Positions 53,635 to 62,537 of a stretch of DNA of 64,000 nucleotides are shown here, piece by piece; position 1 is the first letter of the stretch; every line of letters begins with the position of its first letter. The notes beneath the pieces were generated by a model. That model was not told where the DNA came from. It made no database searches and worked only from the letters and a program-made list of their open reading frames with translations. The translations under genes were made by a program, and so were the position numbers. Location: positions 7,653 to 71,652 of the forward strand of contig JAYEOA010000052.1 in the NCBI GenBank assembly GCA_034722515.1. The letters are read 5' to 3'. Source of the stretch: Thermodesulfobacteriota bacterium (lineage in GTDB: Bacteria; Desulfobacterota; Desulfuromonadia; Desulfuromonadales; Desulfuromonadaceae).

Positions 53635-53688
53635 CAGGGGACATCTCTATTTTGGGTTGACACAATATAGAATGTTCCCTGTGTTTTT
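53634..53688 (+). terminator. Long imperfect hairpin plus T run between convergent AlbA_2 and toxin genes
   Basis: ACAGGGGACAT (53634-53644) pairs with ATGTTCCCTGT (53672-53682), and inner TCTAT pairs with ATAGA. Followed by G and TTTTT (53684-53688). Confidence 0.45.
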
Positions 53689-53746
53689 CCAATTTTATTA
53701 TGACTCCATTTGTCAATTGCTTACCCACATAAAATTCAAAAGAGCC

Positions 53747-54082
53747 TTACTTTTTATCTTCCCACCGAAAATGGTTTTGTCCACCGATTCTTATGTTAAG
53801 CAGCAGTATTGGTTCCGTTGGTTCTGGCGGTATCCAGTAAAGAACAAGAAAATCTCTGGCCCCGGCATCTAAAACATACTCGCGAACAGTGATGGTTTTT
53901 GTCCCGACTCGTCTGCGCCGAGCAGGAGCGATCTCTTCAAATATTGAAAGATTGTCGATAAAAATACGGTAATTGGCTTGTAACCGCTCGACAAAGCGTA
54001 CCGCCCCGAGTTCGGCATATTCATCGAGAAATTCTTTCAGATGACGGGCAAAAAGAGGGGTAGCGATAACTTCTCGTTTCAT
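53747..54082 (-). CDS. RelE/ParE-superfamily-like toxin
   Basis: 111 aa. 4-bp overlap with the upstream RHH gene. Size and C-terminal pattern (REYVL....DFLVLYWI......ILLLNIRIG) are compatible with ParE/RelE folds. Family assignment is tentative. Confidence 0.5.
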   Translation of the reverse strand: MKREVIATPLFARHLKEFLDEYAELGAVRFVERLQANYRIFIDNLSIFEEIAPARRRRVGTKTITVREYVLDAGARDFLVLYWIPPEPTEPILLLNIRIGGQNHFRWEDKK

Positions 54083-54357
54083 TTTGTTCGTTTTTCGGCA
54101 ACAATTGTTGCTTGCTTGAGTGCGTCAGTAAAAAGTGCATCAATGGTTGTATCTGTTACATGCACACCGTTAAGTTGATAGTTTTCCCATGCAGCTAACG
54201 CTTTTTCTTCGAACTGAAAATCTGACTCCTGTGCTTCAATCGCCGGAGTCCCAATTGCTTCCAATACGGTAGACATCGGTTGCCCAAGACGTCGTGAAAG
54301 CTTTTCCAGACGTTCGGCAAAGTCGTTATTTACTCGCAAATTAAGTTGTCTGGTCAT
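54079..54357 (-). CDS. Ribbon-helix-helix (CopG-like) antitoxin
   Basis: N-terminal RQLNLRVNNDFAERLEKLSRRLG fits beta-strand plus helix-helix of RHH. GGAG RBS. Overlaps the toxin start. Confidence 0.65.
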   Translation of the reverse strand: MTRQLNLRVNNDFAERLEKLSRRLGQPMSTVLEAIGTPAIEAQESDFQFEEKALAAWENYQLNGVHVTDTTIDALFTDALKQATIVAEKRTK

Positions 54358-54383
54358 TGTTTGTCTCCTTTGTGTTTAAGCTA

Positions 54384-54412
54384 ACGCTAGCACTTGCTAT
54401 TGGTGCCGTCAA
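54384..54412 (-). promoter_or_regulatory. Candidate promoter and operator of the toxin-antitoxin pair
   Basis: On the minus strand: TTGACG (54412-54407), 17-nt spacer, TAGCGT (54389-54384). The palindrome TAGCA-CT-TGCTA (54388-54399) overlaps it. Confidence 0.25.
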
Positions 54413-54537
54413 GGGTCGGTTTTTGTTTTTTCTCGGCAGCAAAGTCAAATTAACAGGCAGGGGACGTTACTTACTTACGAGAGAAACACACTTAAGAGCG
54501 GACGTTCTTAAGTAACTAAATATGGTGGTGTGTGCAT

Positions 54538-54554
54538 GTAGTTTTGACAACCTA
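54538..54554 (+). repeat. 17-bp direct repeat TAGTTTTGACAACCTAA, copy 2
   Basis: Identical to 53618-53634. Lies 181 nt beyond the antitoxin start. Confidence 0.85.
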
Positions 54555-54695
54555 AAACTGAGCATCTTTGATCACGTAAAATTGACCACCCTCAAGGGTT
54601 AAAAGTTCATAGGCATGCGAGGTGATATTTTGACGACGGAGATAAGGACATGGCGTAACTGGTGATGCGGGGGAGGGTGCGGAGATAATTTGCTA

Positions 54696-54734
54696 CGCAG
54701 CGGGGGGTGGGTAATGTACCCGTCCCTCGCTGCG
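54696..54734 (-). terminator. GC-rich hairpin just downstream of the typA stop (no clear U tract)
   Basis: CGCAGCG..GGGTA / TACCC..CGCTGCG arms (54696-54734) with three internal mismatches, 10 nt after the typA stop. Confidence 0.4.
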
Positions 54735-54743
54735 ATGTAGTAT

Positions 54744-56558
54744 TTAAGCGGATTTATTTTTTTCGCTTTTTTTTCGCTCATTGGCGTCAAGAATTTTTTT
54801 GCGTAGACGGATCGAATCTGGCGTGATCTCCACCAGTTCATCGGCTGCTATATATTCCAGTGCTTGCTCCAAGGTTAAGATATTGGGCGGAGTGAGGCGA
54901 ATAGCTTCGTCGGTACCTGAAGAGCGGACGTTGGAGAGCTTTTTACCTTTGCGGACATTGACCATCATGTCGCTTTCTTTGGCATTTTGACCAATGATCA
55001 TCCCTTCGTACACTTTGGTTGCGGGATTGATAAATAGCACGCCGCGATCCTGTAGGTTGAACAGGGAATATGCCACGCTTTCACCGGCGTCAATCGAGAT
55101 GAGCACACCGTTTTTACGCCCTTCAATCTCGCCTTTGAATGGTGCGTATTCGAGAAAGCTATGTGATAGTACGCCGGTGCCACGGGTGTCGGTCATAAAC
55201 TCGGTACGAAAACCGATGAGTCCGCGAGCGGGGATGTTGAATTCGAGACGATTATTGCCGTCCATCGGATTCATGGAGATCATCTCAGCTTTACGTTTAC
55301 CCAACTTTTCAATAATGGTGCCTTGAAATTCTTCGGGCACGTCGATGCACAAATACTCAATAGGTTCCACCCGTTGACCATTTTCCTCCTTGAAGATAAC
55401 TTCCGGCTTGGAAACTGCCAGCTCAAATCCTTCGCGGCGCATAGTTTCAATCAGGATAGACAAGTGTAGCTCGCCACGACCGGAAACCTTGAAGGTGTCG
55501 GTGCTGTCGGTGTTTTCAACGCGCAGCGATACATTGGTGCGCAACTCCTTTTGTAGTCGTTCCGAGATGTTGCGCGAGGTGACTAGTTTGCCTTCTGTGC
55601 CGGCAAACGGTGAGCTGTTGACCATGAAGTTCATCGACAGGGTTGGCTCGTCGATGTTGACGTAGGGTAGTGGTTGCGGGTCATCGGTAGCAGCTAGGGT
55701 TTCACTGATGCTGATATCTTCGAAGCCGGCAATGGTAACAACTTCTCCAGCAAAGGCTTCTTCGATGGTAATTTGTTGCATGCCCTGATAACCGATCAGT
55801 TTGGAGATCCGACCACGGGTGATTTTGCCATCCTTGTTTATACGGGCAATGGTTTCGCCATTTTTTACGCTGCCGTTAAATATTTTTCCGGTGGCGATAC
55901 GCCCAATATAGTTATTGTAATCGATACTGGTGGCCAAGAATTGGAACGGAGCATTAACGTCAACATCGGGTGATGGAACCTTGTTTTTGATAGTTTCAAA
56001 TAGTGGCTCCAGATCCATATTGTCACTGTTAGGCTCATAGCGGGCATAGCCGTTTTTAGCGCTGGCGTAGACGATGGGGAAGTCGAGTTGATCCTCCGAG
56101 GCATCAAGTTCACAAAACAGATCAAAGACCATGTCCACTATCTTTTCTGGGCGGGCACCGGGGCGATCGATCTTGTTGATGACGACGATTGGTTTAATCC
56201 CGAGATCGAGAGATTTTTTAAGTACAAAGCGAGTTTGTGGCATGGGGCCGTCAAAGGCGTCAACCAATAATAGGACCGAATCTACCATTTTCAGTACACG
56301 TTCAACTTCGCCACCAAAATCGGCGTGACCGGGGGTGTCGACAATGTTAATTTTGACATCTTGATAGTTGATCGAGAGGTTTTTTGACAGTATGGTGATG
56401 CCGCGTTCTTTTTCCAGATCGTTGCTATCCATAATACGATCAGTAATTACTTGGTTAGAACGGAAAATACCTGATTGGTGGAGCATGGCGTCAACAAGGG
56501 TTGTTTTTCCGTGGTCAACGTGGGCAATGATAGCAATGTTTCTGATGTTGTCGCTCAT
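54744..56558 (-). CDS. typA: Translational GTPase TypA/BipA
   Basis: [35 protein letters not shown], and the BipA-specific C-terminal domain. Confidence 0.95.
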   Translation of the reverse strand: MSDNIRNIAIIAHVDHGKTTLVDAMLHQSGIFRSNQVITDRIMDSNDLEKERGITILSKNLSINYQDVKINIVDTPGHADFGGEVERVLKMVDSVLLLVDAFDGPMPQTRFVLKKSLDLGIKPIVVINKIDRPGARPEKIVDMVFDLFCELDASEDQLDFPIVYASAKNGYARYEPNSDNMDLEPLFETIKNKVPSPDVDVNAPFQFLATSIDYNNYIGRIATGKIFNGSVKNGETIARINKDGKITRGRISKLIGYQGMQQITIEEAFAGEVVTIAGFEDISISETLAATDDPQPLPYVNIDEPTLSMNFMVNSSPFAGTEGKLVTSRNISERLQKELRTNVSLRVENTDSTDTFKVSGRGELHLSILIETMRREGFELAVSKPEVIFKEENGQRVEPIEYLCIDVPEEFQGTIIEKLGKRKAEMISMNPMDGNNRLEFNIPARGLIGFRTEFMTDTRGTGVLSHSFLEYAPFKGEIEGRKNGVLISIDAGESVAYSLFNLQDRGVLFINPATKVYEGMIIGQNAKESDMMVNVRKGKKLSNVRSSGTDEAIRLTPPNILTLEQALEYIAADELVEITPDSIRLRKKILDANERKKSEKNKSA

Positions 56559-56746
56559 TTAGAGTCAATCTCCTTAATGCTGTTATGTGTAGGCAAAACC
56601 AAACCAAATTACATTAAATATGTGTGTTTGGCTATTGAAAAAATAAAATACAAGAGTGTGTTATATTGCAAGCAGTTCAAAGCACAGATACGAAAAAATA
56701 AGAATATAATATTATCCGTTACAATTTATCTTAAAAAGGATTCGTC

Positions 56747-57244
56747 GTGCGTATTATTATTTTAGGGTGTTGTTTGTTGATTCTAACTGCGTGTTCATCT
56801 GCTACTCAGCAAAGCTTTAATACCACAGCTTATTGTGGTTGTTCATCGTGTTGTTCCTGGTCGCGTGACTTTCCCGATTTTTGGAACCGTCATTTTAATG
56901 CTGGACCGAACAAGGGTGATGTGTATACGGGACGTACCGCCTTAGGGACAAAACCGCGAGAACCATATTCAGGTTTGCTGTCAGTTAATACGTTGACACA
57001 TCCTTGGACAATGCCGCATCGGCTCATTCTTCCGTGGATGTGGTTTGCCCATGATGGAACTATCGCTGCCGACTGGAAGTATATCAAGCCGCGAACGCGG
57101 ATCTATCTTCCTGGTTATGGTTGGGGTAGGGTTGAAGATAAGGGGTCGGCCATCAAGGGGAAGAATCGTTTGGATCTCTATTTTAATTCCCACCAAAAAG
57201 CTTTGCAGTGGGGACGTAAAGCTGTTGTTGGGACGCTTGATTGA
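56747..57244 (+). CDS. 3D-domain lipoprotein (MltA/RlpA-like DPBB fold)
   Basis: Lipobox LILTAC, Cys-rich YCGCSSCCSW, and a C-terminal 3D-type segment GTIAAD...GWGRVEDKGSAIKGKNRLDLYF. GTG start with AAGGA upstream. Confidence 0.72.
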   Translation: MRIIILGCCLLILTACSSATQQSFNTTAYCGCSSCCSWSRDFPDFWNRHFNAGPNKGDVYTGRTALGTKPREPYSGLLSVNTLTHPWTMPHRLILPWMWFAHDGTIAADWKYIKPRTRIYLPGYGWGRVEDKGSAIKGKNRLDLYFNSHQKALQWGRKAVVGTLD

Positions 57245-57258
57245 AAGGATAAATTGCT

Positions 57259-58296
57259 ATGGATTTAGCTCGTTCGCTGGAATTTAGCCAACAGATTATT
57301 GATAAGGTGCGGGGTAAACGCAAGATTCTCATTGTTACTCACGATAATCCTGACCCCGATTCCTTGGCTACCGCATTTGCGCTTAGCCACTTGTTGTTGA
57401 TGAAAACCGGTGTAAAGGCGGTGATTGCCAGTGGTGGGGTGATCGGTCGGCGTGAAAATCGTACTATGGTTGAAAAGTTAGAAATTGAAGTGACTGCGAT
57501 GAATAAGGTGGCGTGCCATCAATTTAATGTCGTGTGTATGGTTGATAGTCAGCCGCGTACCGGAAATGGTAGTCTGCCTGATGATTGCCATATTGATATT
57601 ATCATCGATCACCATCCGTTGCGTGTTGAAAATATGAACGCTACCATCGTCGATGTGCGTGACGACTATGGGGCATGTGCCACCATTTTGTATGAATATT
57701 TGCTGGTTCAGGATGTATACTTAGGAACCCGCTTGGCTACGGCGTTGTTTTATGCCATTCGTTCAGAAACGCAAGATCTGGGTCGTGAGTGGTCGTCACC
57801 GGATCGCCGCGCTTATCAGGATCTGCTTTCCTTGAGTAATAATCGCATACTGTTCGAAATTAGCCATGCAAAGGTGCCGAGCCATTATTTTCTCAACTTT
57901 AATCAGGCGTTGGAGTCTGCGCGGATTTTTCACGATATTTTAGTGTTTAATTTATTTGAGATCGAACACCCAGATATGGTTGCCGAGTTGGCCGATTTTT
58001 TATTGAGGATGGAAGGGGTGTCTGTTGTCCTCGGTATGGGTCGGTATTCTCAGGAGGAGGTGTTGTCGCTGCGCACCGATCGTGAGGATCTTTTTGCTGG
58101 ACGCATTATTCGTGATGTTGTTGTTGGTCTTGGAACCGCCGGTGGACACGGAATGATTGCCGGTGGGCAGATTCGTCCCATGCAGGGGAACCATGCCGTG
58201 CAACGTGAGTTGGAAAATACATTGACGAAGCGATTGATTAAATGTTTGGGCTACGAACCTGTTCGTGGGCGCCGCATGCTAACTTTGACCAATTGA
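57259..58296 (+). CDS. DHH/DHHA1 family phosphoesterase (NrnA-like)
   Basis: THDNPDPDSLA, IIDHHP, GGHGMIAGG. Confidence 0.8.
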   Translation: MDLARSLEFSQQIIDKVRGKRKILIVTHDNPDPDSLATAFALSHLLLMKTGVKAVIASGGVIGRRENRTMVEKLEIEVTAMNKVACHQFNVVCMVDSQPRTGNGSLPDDCHIDIIIDHHPLRVENMNATIVDVRDDYGACATILYEYLLVQDVYLGTRLATALFYAIRSETQDLGREWSSPDRRAYQDLLSLSNNRILFEISHAKVPSHYFLNFNQALESARIFHDILVFNLFEIEHPDMVAELADFLLRMEGVSVVLGMGRYSQEEVLSLRTDREDLFAGRIIRDVVVGLGTAGGHGMIAGGQIRPMQGNHAVQRELENTLTKRLIKCLGYEPVRGRRMLTLTN

Positions 58297-58465
58297 CAGG
58301 GGTAGCGCTGGCATATATTATCGAGCACTTGTCGCCATGGTCGGGTTTATGAGCCCCTTGATATGGGGATCACGCGATGCAGGTAAACTCGGGACTGTCC
58401 CAGTTGTGGTGGTTCCGTTTTAACGGTAAGCTGATTGGTAGCAATAATTTTAGGGTGTTTCATCC

Positions 58466-59539
58466 ATGTCATATCGTTTTCGTTTGTTTGTAGTTTTATC
58501 CATATTATGTGGGCTGTTATGTGGAATGACTTCAGCCTATGCGGCGATTGAACTGTCGCGACAAGGGCGGACTCCACAGCTTCTTGATGAGGTGTATCAC
58601 CATGAAGGTGTCCCTTATTTAGCTATTGATGATGTGTTGCCGGCTCTGGGGATGAGTGGTTATTGGAATTCTGTTGAACATCGCTATCGGATGAAAACAC
58701 CCGGAGGGCGGGCGACTTTTTTCCCGGGTGGGCAGTATCTGAAGATTGGTGAACGTTTTGATCCTATTAAGCATCGACCCCGCTTCATTGATGGTCGGTT
58801 GCGTGTTTCCGAAGATTTCATTTTAGAACAATTAGCCGATCTTCTGCCGACACCGATCTATTATCGTAATTTGAATCCACTTTCCGGGTCGGTTGATGCC
58901 GATGACGGCTTGTTGGGTAAATTGTTCGCATTTTTACTCCAAAAAAAGAAAAGTTTTTCTGAACCAACGTTGCGTGCGGTGGCCATAGACCCGGGGCATG
59001 GTGGCGAAGATACTGGTACTATCGGTGTTGGCGGCGTGAAAGAGAAAACCGTCGTGCTCTGTGTTGCCAAAAAGCTAGAAAAACGGCTTAAAATGCAATT
59101 AGGGATTCCGGTGTATCTAAGCCGTGATGACGATTATTCGCTTACGCAACAGCAACGCCTAGTAAGTGCGCGTCATGACACTGTGGATGCTTTTCTGTTG
59201 CTCCATGCTCAATCGGCATTTCGTTCTGATGCGCACGGTATCCATCTTTATGTCCGTCCTGGTAACAATGAATTTACCGGCGATCAAGGCTCAGGTAGTA
59301 GCAGTATGATGCTAGCGCTACGTTTGAGTGCCGCATTGCGTGATGCCGGTTTTAAAGTGGTTGAGGTGGCTCAAGCCCCCTTGATTCCACTGGTGCGGGG
59401 GAATTTACCCACCGTTCTTATCGAATTGGGTTATTTATCTAATCTTGGTGATCAGGCTTTGTTGAACAGTCCTCAGGGGCAGCAACGTTTGGCCGATGCG
59501 CTATATGAGGGGTTGCAAGCGTTTTCCCGGGCGGAATAG
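58466..59539 (+). CDS. N-acetylmuramoyl-L-alanine amidase (Amidase_3) with N-terminal targeting domain
   Basis: Signal peptide, AIDPGHGGEDTGT, and a C-terminal ELGYLSN motif. Confidence 0.85.
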   Translation: MSYRFRLFVVLSILCGLLCGMTSAYAAIELSRQGRTPQLLDEVYHHEGVPYLAIDDVLPALGMSGYWNSVEHRYRMKTPGGRATFFPGGQYLKIGERFDPIKHRPRFIDGRLRVSEDFILEQLADLLPTPIYYRNLNPLSGSVDADDGLLGKLFAFLLQKKKSFSEPTLRAVAIDPGHGGEDTGTIGVGGVKEKTVVLCVAKKLEKRLKMQLGIPVYLSRDDDYSLTQQQRLVSARHDTVDAFLLLHAQSAFRSDAHGIHLYVRPGNNEFTGDQGSGSSSMMLALRLSAALRDAGFKVVEVAQAPLIPLVRGNLPTVLIELGYLSNLGDQALLNSPQGQQRLADALYEGLQAFSRAE

Positions 59540-59589
59540 TGGGTATATGGGGCTAAATACAAATAAAAAATAAAAGGAGTTCTTGTTTT

Positions 59590-60315
59590 ATGAGCACAAT
59601 TCGTCACGATAAACGCCAATTTGATCAATTGCGACCCGTTACACTCCAGCGCGGTTTTACCCGCTACGCAGAAGGGTCAGTTTTGACCACCTTTGGCGAC
59701 ACCGTTGTTCTGTGTAATGCGTCTGTTGAAGAGGGTGTTCCCCCGTTTATGCGTGGTCAGGGACGCGGCTGGGTAACGGCGGAGTATTCAATGTTGCCAC
59801 GCTCGACCCAAAGTCGTAATTCACGAGAATCTTCCCGGGGTAAAGTTGGCGGACGAACCCATGAGATTCAACGACTCATTGGTCGCAGCCTGCGGGCGGT
59901 GATCGATTTTGAACTGCTGGGTGAGCGGACGATTCGCCTTGATTGCGACGTGCTACAGGCGGATGGTGGTACTAGGACGGCGTCGATTACCGGAGCCTAT
60001 GTTGCCTTGGCCGATGCCGTGAATAAATTGATGCAGGAGGGTAAGGTTGAGAAAAATCCCCTTAAGGATTCATTGGCGGCCATCAGTGTTGGTATTGTTG
60101 ATGGTGAAGAGTTGCTCGATCTGAACTATGTTGAAGATTCTAAGGCCGAGGTGGATATGAACTTTGTGTTAACGGGATCCGGTCTTTTTGTCGAGGTGCA
60201 AGGAACGGCAGAGTCTGAACCGTTTTCCGGTGAACAGTTGGATGCTTTGCGAGTCTTGGCTGTCAAAGGGTGCTGTGATTTGACCACTATGCAACAACGG
60301 GCGTTGGAGAGCTAA
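59590..60315 (+). CDS. rph: Ribonuclease PH
   Basis: [39 protein letters not shown]. Confidence 0.95.
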   Translation: MSTIRHDKRQFDQLRPVTLQRGFTRYAEGSVLTTFGDTVVLCNASVEEGVPPFMRGQGRGWVTAEYSMLPRSTQSRNSRESSRGKVGGRTHEIQRLIGRSLRAVIDFELLGERTIRLDCDVLQADGGTRTASITGAYVALADAVNKLMQEGKVEKNPLKDSLAAISVGIVDGEELLDLNYVEDSKAEVDMNFVLTGSGLFVEVQGTAESEPFSGEQLDALRVLAVKGCCDLTTMQQRALES

Positions 60316-60316
60316 G

Positions 60317-60904
60317 ATGACGTTGATTGTTGCTACTCAGAATCAAGGAAAACTCAAAGAAATTCGTCGTGCGCTAGAGCAGGTTGGAATTACTGCTGAA
60401 GGACTAGATGGCTACCCTGATATTGTCCCAGCGCTTGAGGATGGTACAACCTTTGCCGAGAATGCTCGTAAAAAAGCTGAGGCTGTTGTTCGCCAAACGG
60501 GTCAGCCGTGTTTGGCAGATGATTCCGGCTTAACTGTTGACGTTCTACAGGGGCGACCGGGGGTTTATTCGGCTCGTTATGCCGGTGAAAATGTGACGGA
60601 TAGTGATAATAATTCCCTATTATTGCGCGAGTTGGCTGATGTTCCAGACAGTCAACGTCAAGCTGCATTTTGCTGCGCCATGGCTTTGTGTTATCCAGAC
60701 GGTCGTTGTCTGCTGTTTGATGGTCGTTTAGAAGGGGTGATTTTGACGAACCCTCAAGGTGATGGCGGTTTTGGTTATGATCCTCTATTTCAGGTTGTGG
60801 GTGATGAGCGCAGCCTGGCTCAGATCAGTACCGATGAAAAGAATCGTATCAGTCACCGTGGTGCGGCTTTGCGACAGTTGATTGCGACATTAAAATCTGG
60901 TTGA
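60317..60904 (+). CDS. rdgB: Non-canonical purine NTP pyrophosphatase (RdgB/HAM1)
   Basis: ATQNQGKLKE, DDSGL.VD.L.G.PGVYSARY, GFGYDPLF, SHRG.A. Confidence 0.93.
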   Translation: MTLIVATQNQGKLKEIRRALEQVGITAEGLDGYPDIVPALEDGTTFAENARKKAEAVVRQTGQPCLADDSGLTVDVLQGRPGVYSARYAGENVTDSDNNSLLLRELADVPDSQRQAAFCCAMALCYPDGRCLLFDGRLEGVILTNPQGDGGFGYDPLFQVVGDERSLAQISTDEKNRISHRGAALRQLIATLKSG

Positions 60905-61011
60905 TAAAATTAGATTTCTTGAAGGTGCTGGTAGCCTGAGGAATGTTGTGGTATAAAATCTGTTCGAATTTGTCACTTAATTAAAGCGTATGAAATGAGC
61001 AGAGGCAATCC

Positions 61012-61911
61012 ATGACTTTAGATTCAACATATTATAAACAGATGTTGGATAACCTTTCTGAAGCGGTTTATTGTGTAGATGCTGAACGGCGTATCCTTTA
61101 TTGGAATAACGCTGCGCAGCAGTTGACAGGGTATACTGAAAAAGAACTCCTTGGCTGCCTGTGCGTAGATGGTCCGCTGCAACACGTAGATGTACAAAAT
61201 ATGCCGATGTGTGAAAATCGTTGTCCGCTGGCGGCGTGTATTGAAACCGGACAGGCGCAGGAAGCCTTGGTATTTGTAGCTCATAAGGACGGTCGGCGTA
61301 TTCCTATCACGGTTAAAACCAATGCCGTTTATGATTACAATGGGGATGTTTGCGGTGCTGTGGAAACGTTTGCCGATGCATCTGAATTGTTGCAGATGAA
61401 GGAGGTAAATGCCGAGTTGCGGCGTCAGACCCATCTCGATAATCTAACGGGCATTCCCAATAAACAGGCATTTTTCGATGCTATGGATCGTGAGTGGTTC
61501 CGTTTTAAACGTTACAATACTCCTTTTTCATTGTTAGCACTTAATGTTGATTTTTTTAATCATTTCACCGAGGCGTATGGTCGGTCAATGGGGGATAAGG
61601 TGTTGCGCTGGTTCGTGACCCGTTTACGCGCATCATTGCGCCGGGCCGATATTTTAGGTCGCATTGAAGGCGATAAGTTTATGGTGCTGCTCTCCTTTAC
61701 AAACCGTAAATCGACGATGAAGGTTGCCCATATGATTTTAGATATGGTGCGCAATGAGCCTTGTCTTGATCTGCCTATGGCTATGACGGTGAGTATTGGA
61801 GCTGTAACCATTGAAGAAAATGAGACGATGGAAAGTCTGATCGAGAGAGTAAACAAGGCCTTGGCTCGTTCCAGGGAGATGGGGTGCAACCAGGTAACGT
61901 TTTGGAGTTGA
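61012..61911 (+). CDS. PAS domain - degenerate GGDEF domain protein (EGDKF; RxxD I-site retained)
   Basis: PAS (ILYWNNAAQQLTGYTEKELLG). GGDEF fold (LDNLTGIPNK, LNVDFFNHF, RRADILGRIEGDKFMVLL, SIGAV). Confidence 0.85.
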   Translation: MTLDSTYYKQMLDNLSEAVYCVDAERRILYWNNAAQQLTGYTEKELLGCLCVDGPLQHVDVQNMPMCENRCPLAACIETGQAQEALVFVAHKDGRRIPITVKTNAVYDYNGDVCGAVETFADASELLQMKEVNAELRRQTHLDNLTGIPNKQAFFDAMDREWFRFKRYNTPFSLLALNVDFFNHFTEAYGRSMGDKVLRWFVTRLRASLRRADILGRIEGDKFMVLLSFTNRKSTMKVAHMILDMVRNEPCLDLPMAMTVSIGAVTIEENETMESLIERVNKALARSREMGCNQVTFWS

Positions 61912-62011
61912 CTGGAAGCTGCCGGGCTTGACTTTTACCGGTGGTGATGCTAGAAGCCAGTTTTTGAATTTAGCTGTTTAACGAGAATTTTTTGCGGAGG
62001 ATATTTACACC

Positions 62012-62425
62012 ATGGAAAGAACATTTGCTATTGTTAAGCCAGATGCGTTTGCTGCCGGTAACGCTGGTAAGATCATCGCCCGTATTTATGCCGAGGGTTT
62101 TAATATCGTTGGTATGAAAAAACTGTATATGAGTCAAGTTGAGGCTGAAGGTTTTTACTATGTACACAAAGAGCGCCCTTTCTTTGGCGAGTTGACCGAG
62201 TTTATGAGCAGTGGTCCCTGTGTTGTCCTTGCTATGGAAGCCGATGGTGCGATTTCTAAATGGCGTGATTTGATGGGGGCAACCAACCCTGCTGAGGCGG
62301 CTGAAGGTACGTTGCGTAAGGAATTTGGTTCGAACATTGGTGAAAATGCAACCCACGGCTCCGATGCTCCTGAAACCGCAGCATTTGAACTGTCTTACTT
62401 CTTCTCTGGTTTAGAGCTGCTGTAA
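62012..62425 (+). CDS. ndk: Nucleoside diphosphate kinase
   Basis: [11 protein letters not shown], and NATHGSD with the catalytic His. Confidence 0.95.
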   Translation: MERTFAIVKPDAFAAGNAGKIIARIYAEGFNIVGMKKLYMSQVEAEGFYYVHKERPFFGELTEFMSSGPCVVLAMEADGAISKWRDLMGATNPAEAAEGTLRKEFGSNIGENATHGSDAPETAAFELSYFFSGLELL

Positions 62426-62482
62426 GTTGGCGATGGGAGGCTGTTTGGTCACCTGAACGGCGAAGCTGCTTGAGAAAATGCG

Positions 62483-62515
62483 GCCCTTCGGATACACTCC
62501 GAGGGGCTTTTTTTT
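62483..62515 (+). terminator. Rho-independent terminator after ndk
   Basis: GCCCTTCGGA (62483-62492) / TCCGAGGGGC (62498-62507) followed by 8 T. Confidence 0.85.
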
Positions 62516-62537
62516 GTTTGCAACGGATTGGACTACC

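Noticed and set aside
53618-53690. Possible integron attC site and cassette boundary. ACCTAAC (53629-53635) fits the R'' consensus RYYYAAC, and its complement GTTAGGT fits R' GTTRRRY. An inverted repeat lies next to it, and TA cassettes are common in chromosomal integrons.
   Set aside because: The partner core site is poor: GTTTTTC/GAAAAAC pairs only through GTT/AAC. The inverted repeat plus T run is adequately explained as a terminator between convergent genes. The genes in the islet have mixed orientations. No intI, attI or further attC-like sites are visible. The observation is kept only as a direct-repeat finding.
54599-54841. 80-aa minus-strand ORF overlapping the typA 3' end and its downstream hairpin.
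   Set aside because: It overlaps typA out of frame and covers the terminator hairpin. It has no RBS or recognisable motif, so it is most likely spurious.
58297-58465. Checked the DHH-amidase spacer, and the other spacers over 100 bp, for c-di-GMP (GEMM), purine, ZTP, SAM or cobalamin riboswitch cores.
   Set aside because: No ACGCAAAGC/GGGCAAAC-type or other signature cores were seen, only short hairpins. Reading by eye cannot exclude weak matches.
62478-62537. Longer rlmN ORF starting at 62478, as in the ORF track.
   Set aside because: These codons run straight through the strong ndk terminator (62483-62515). The conserved RlmN N-terminus begins at ATG 62538.
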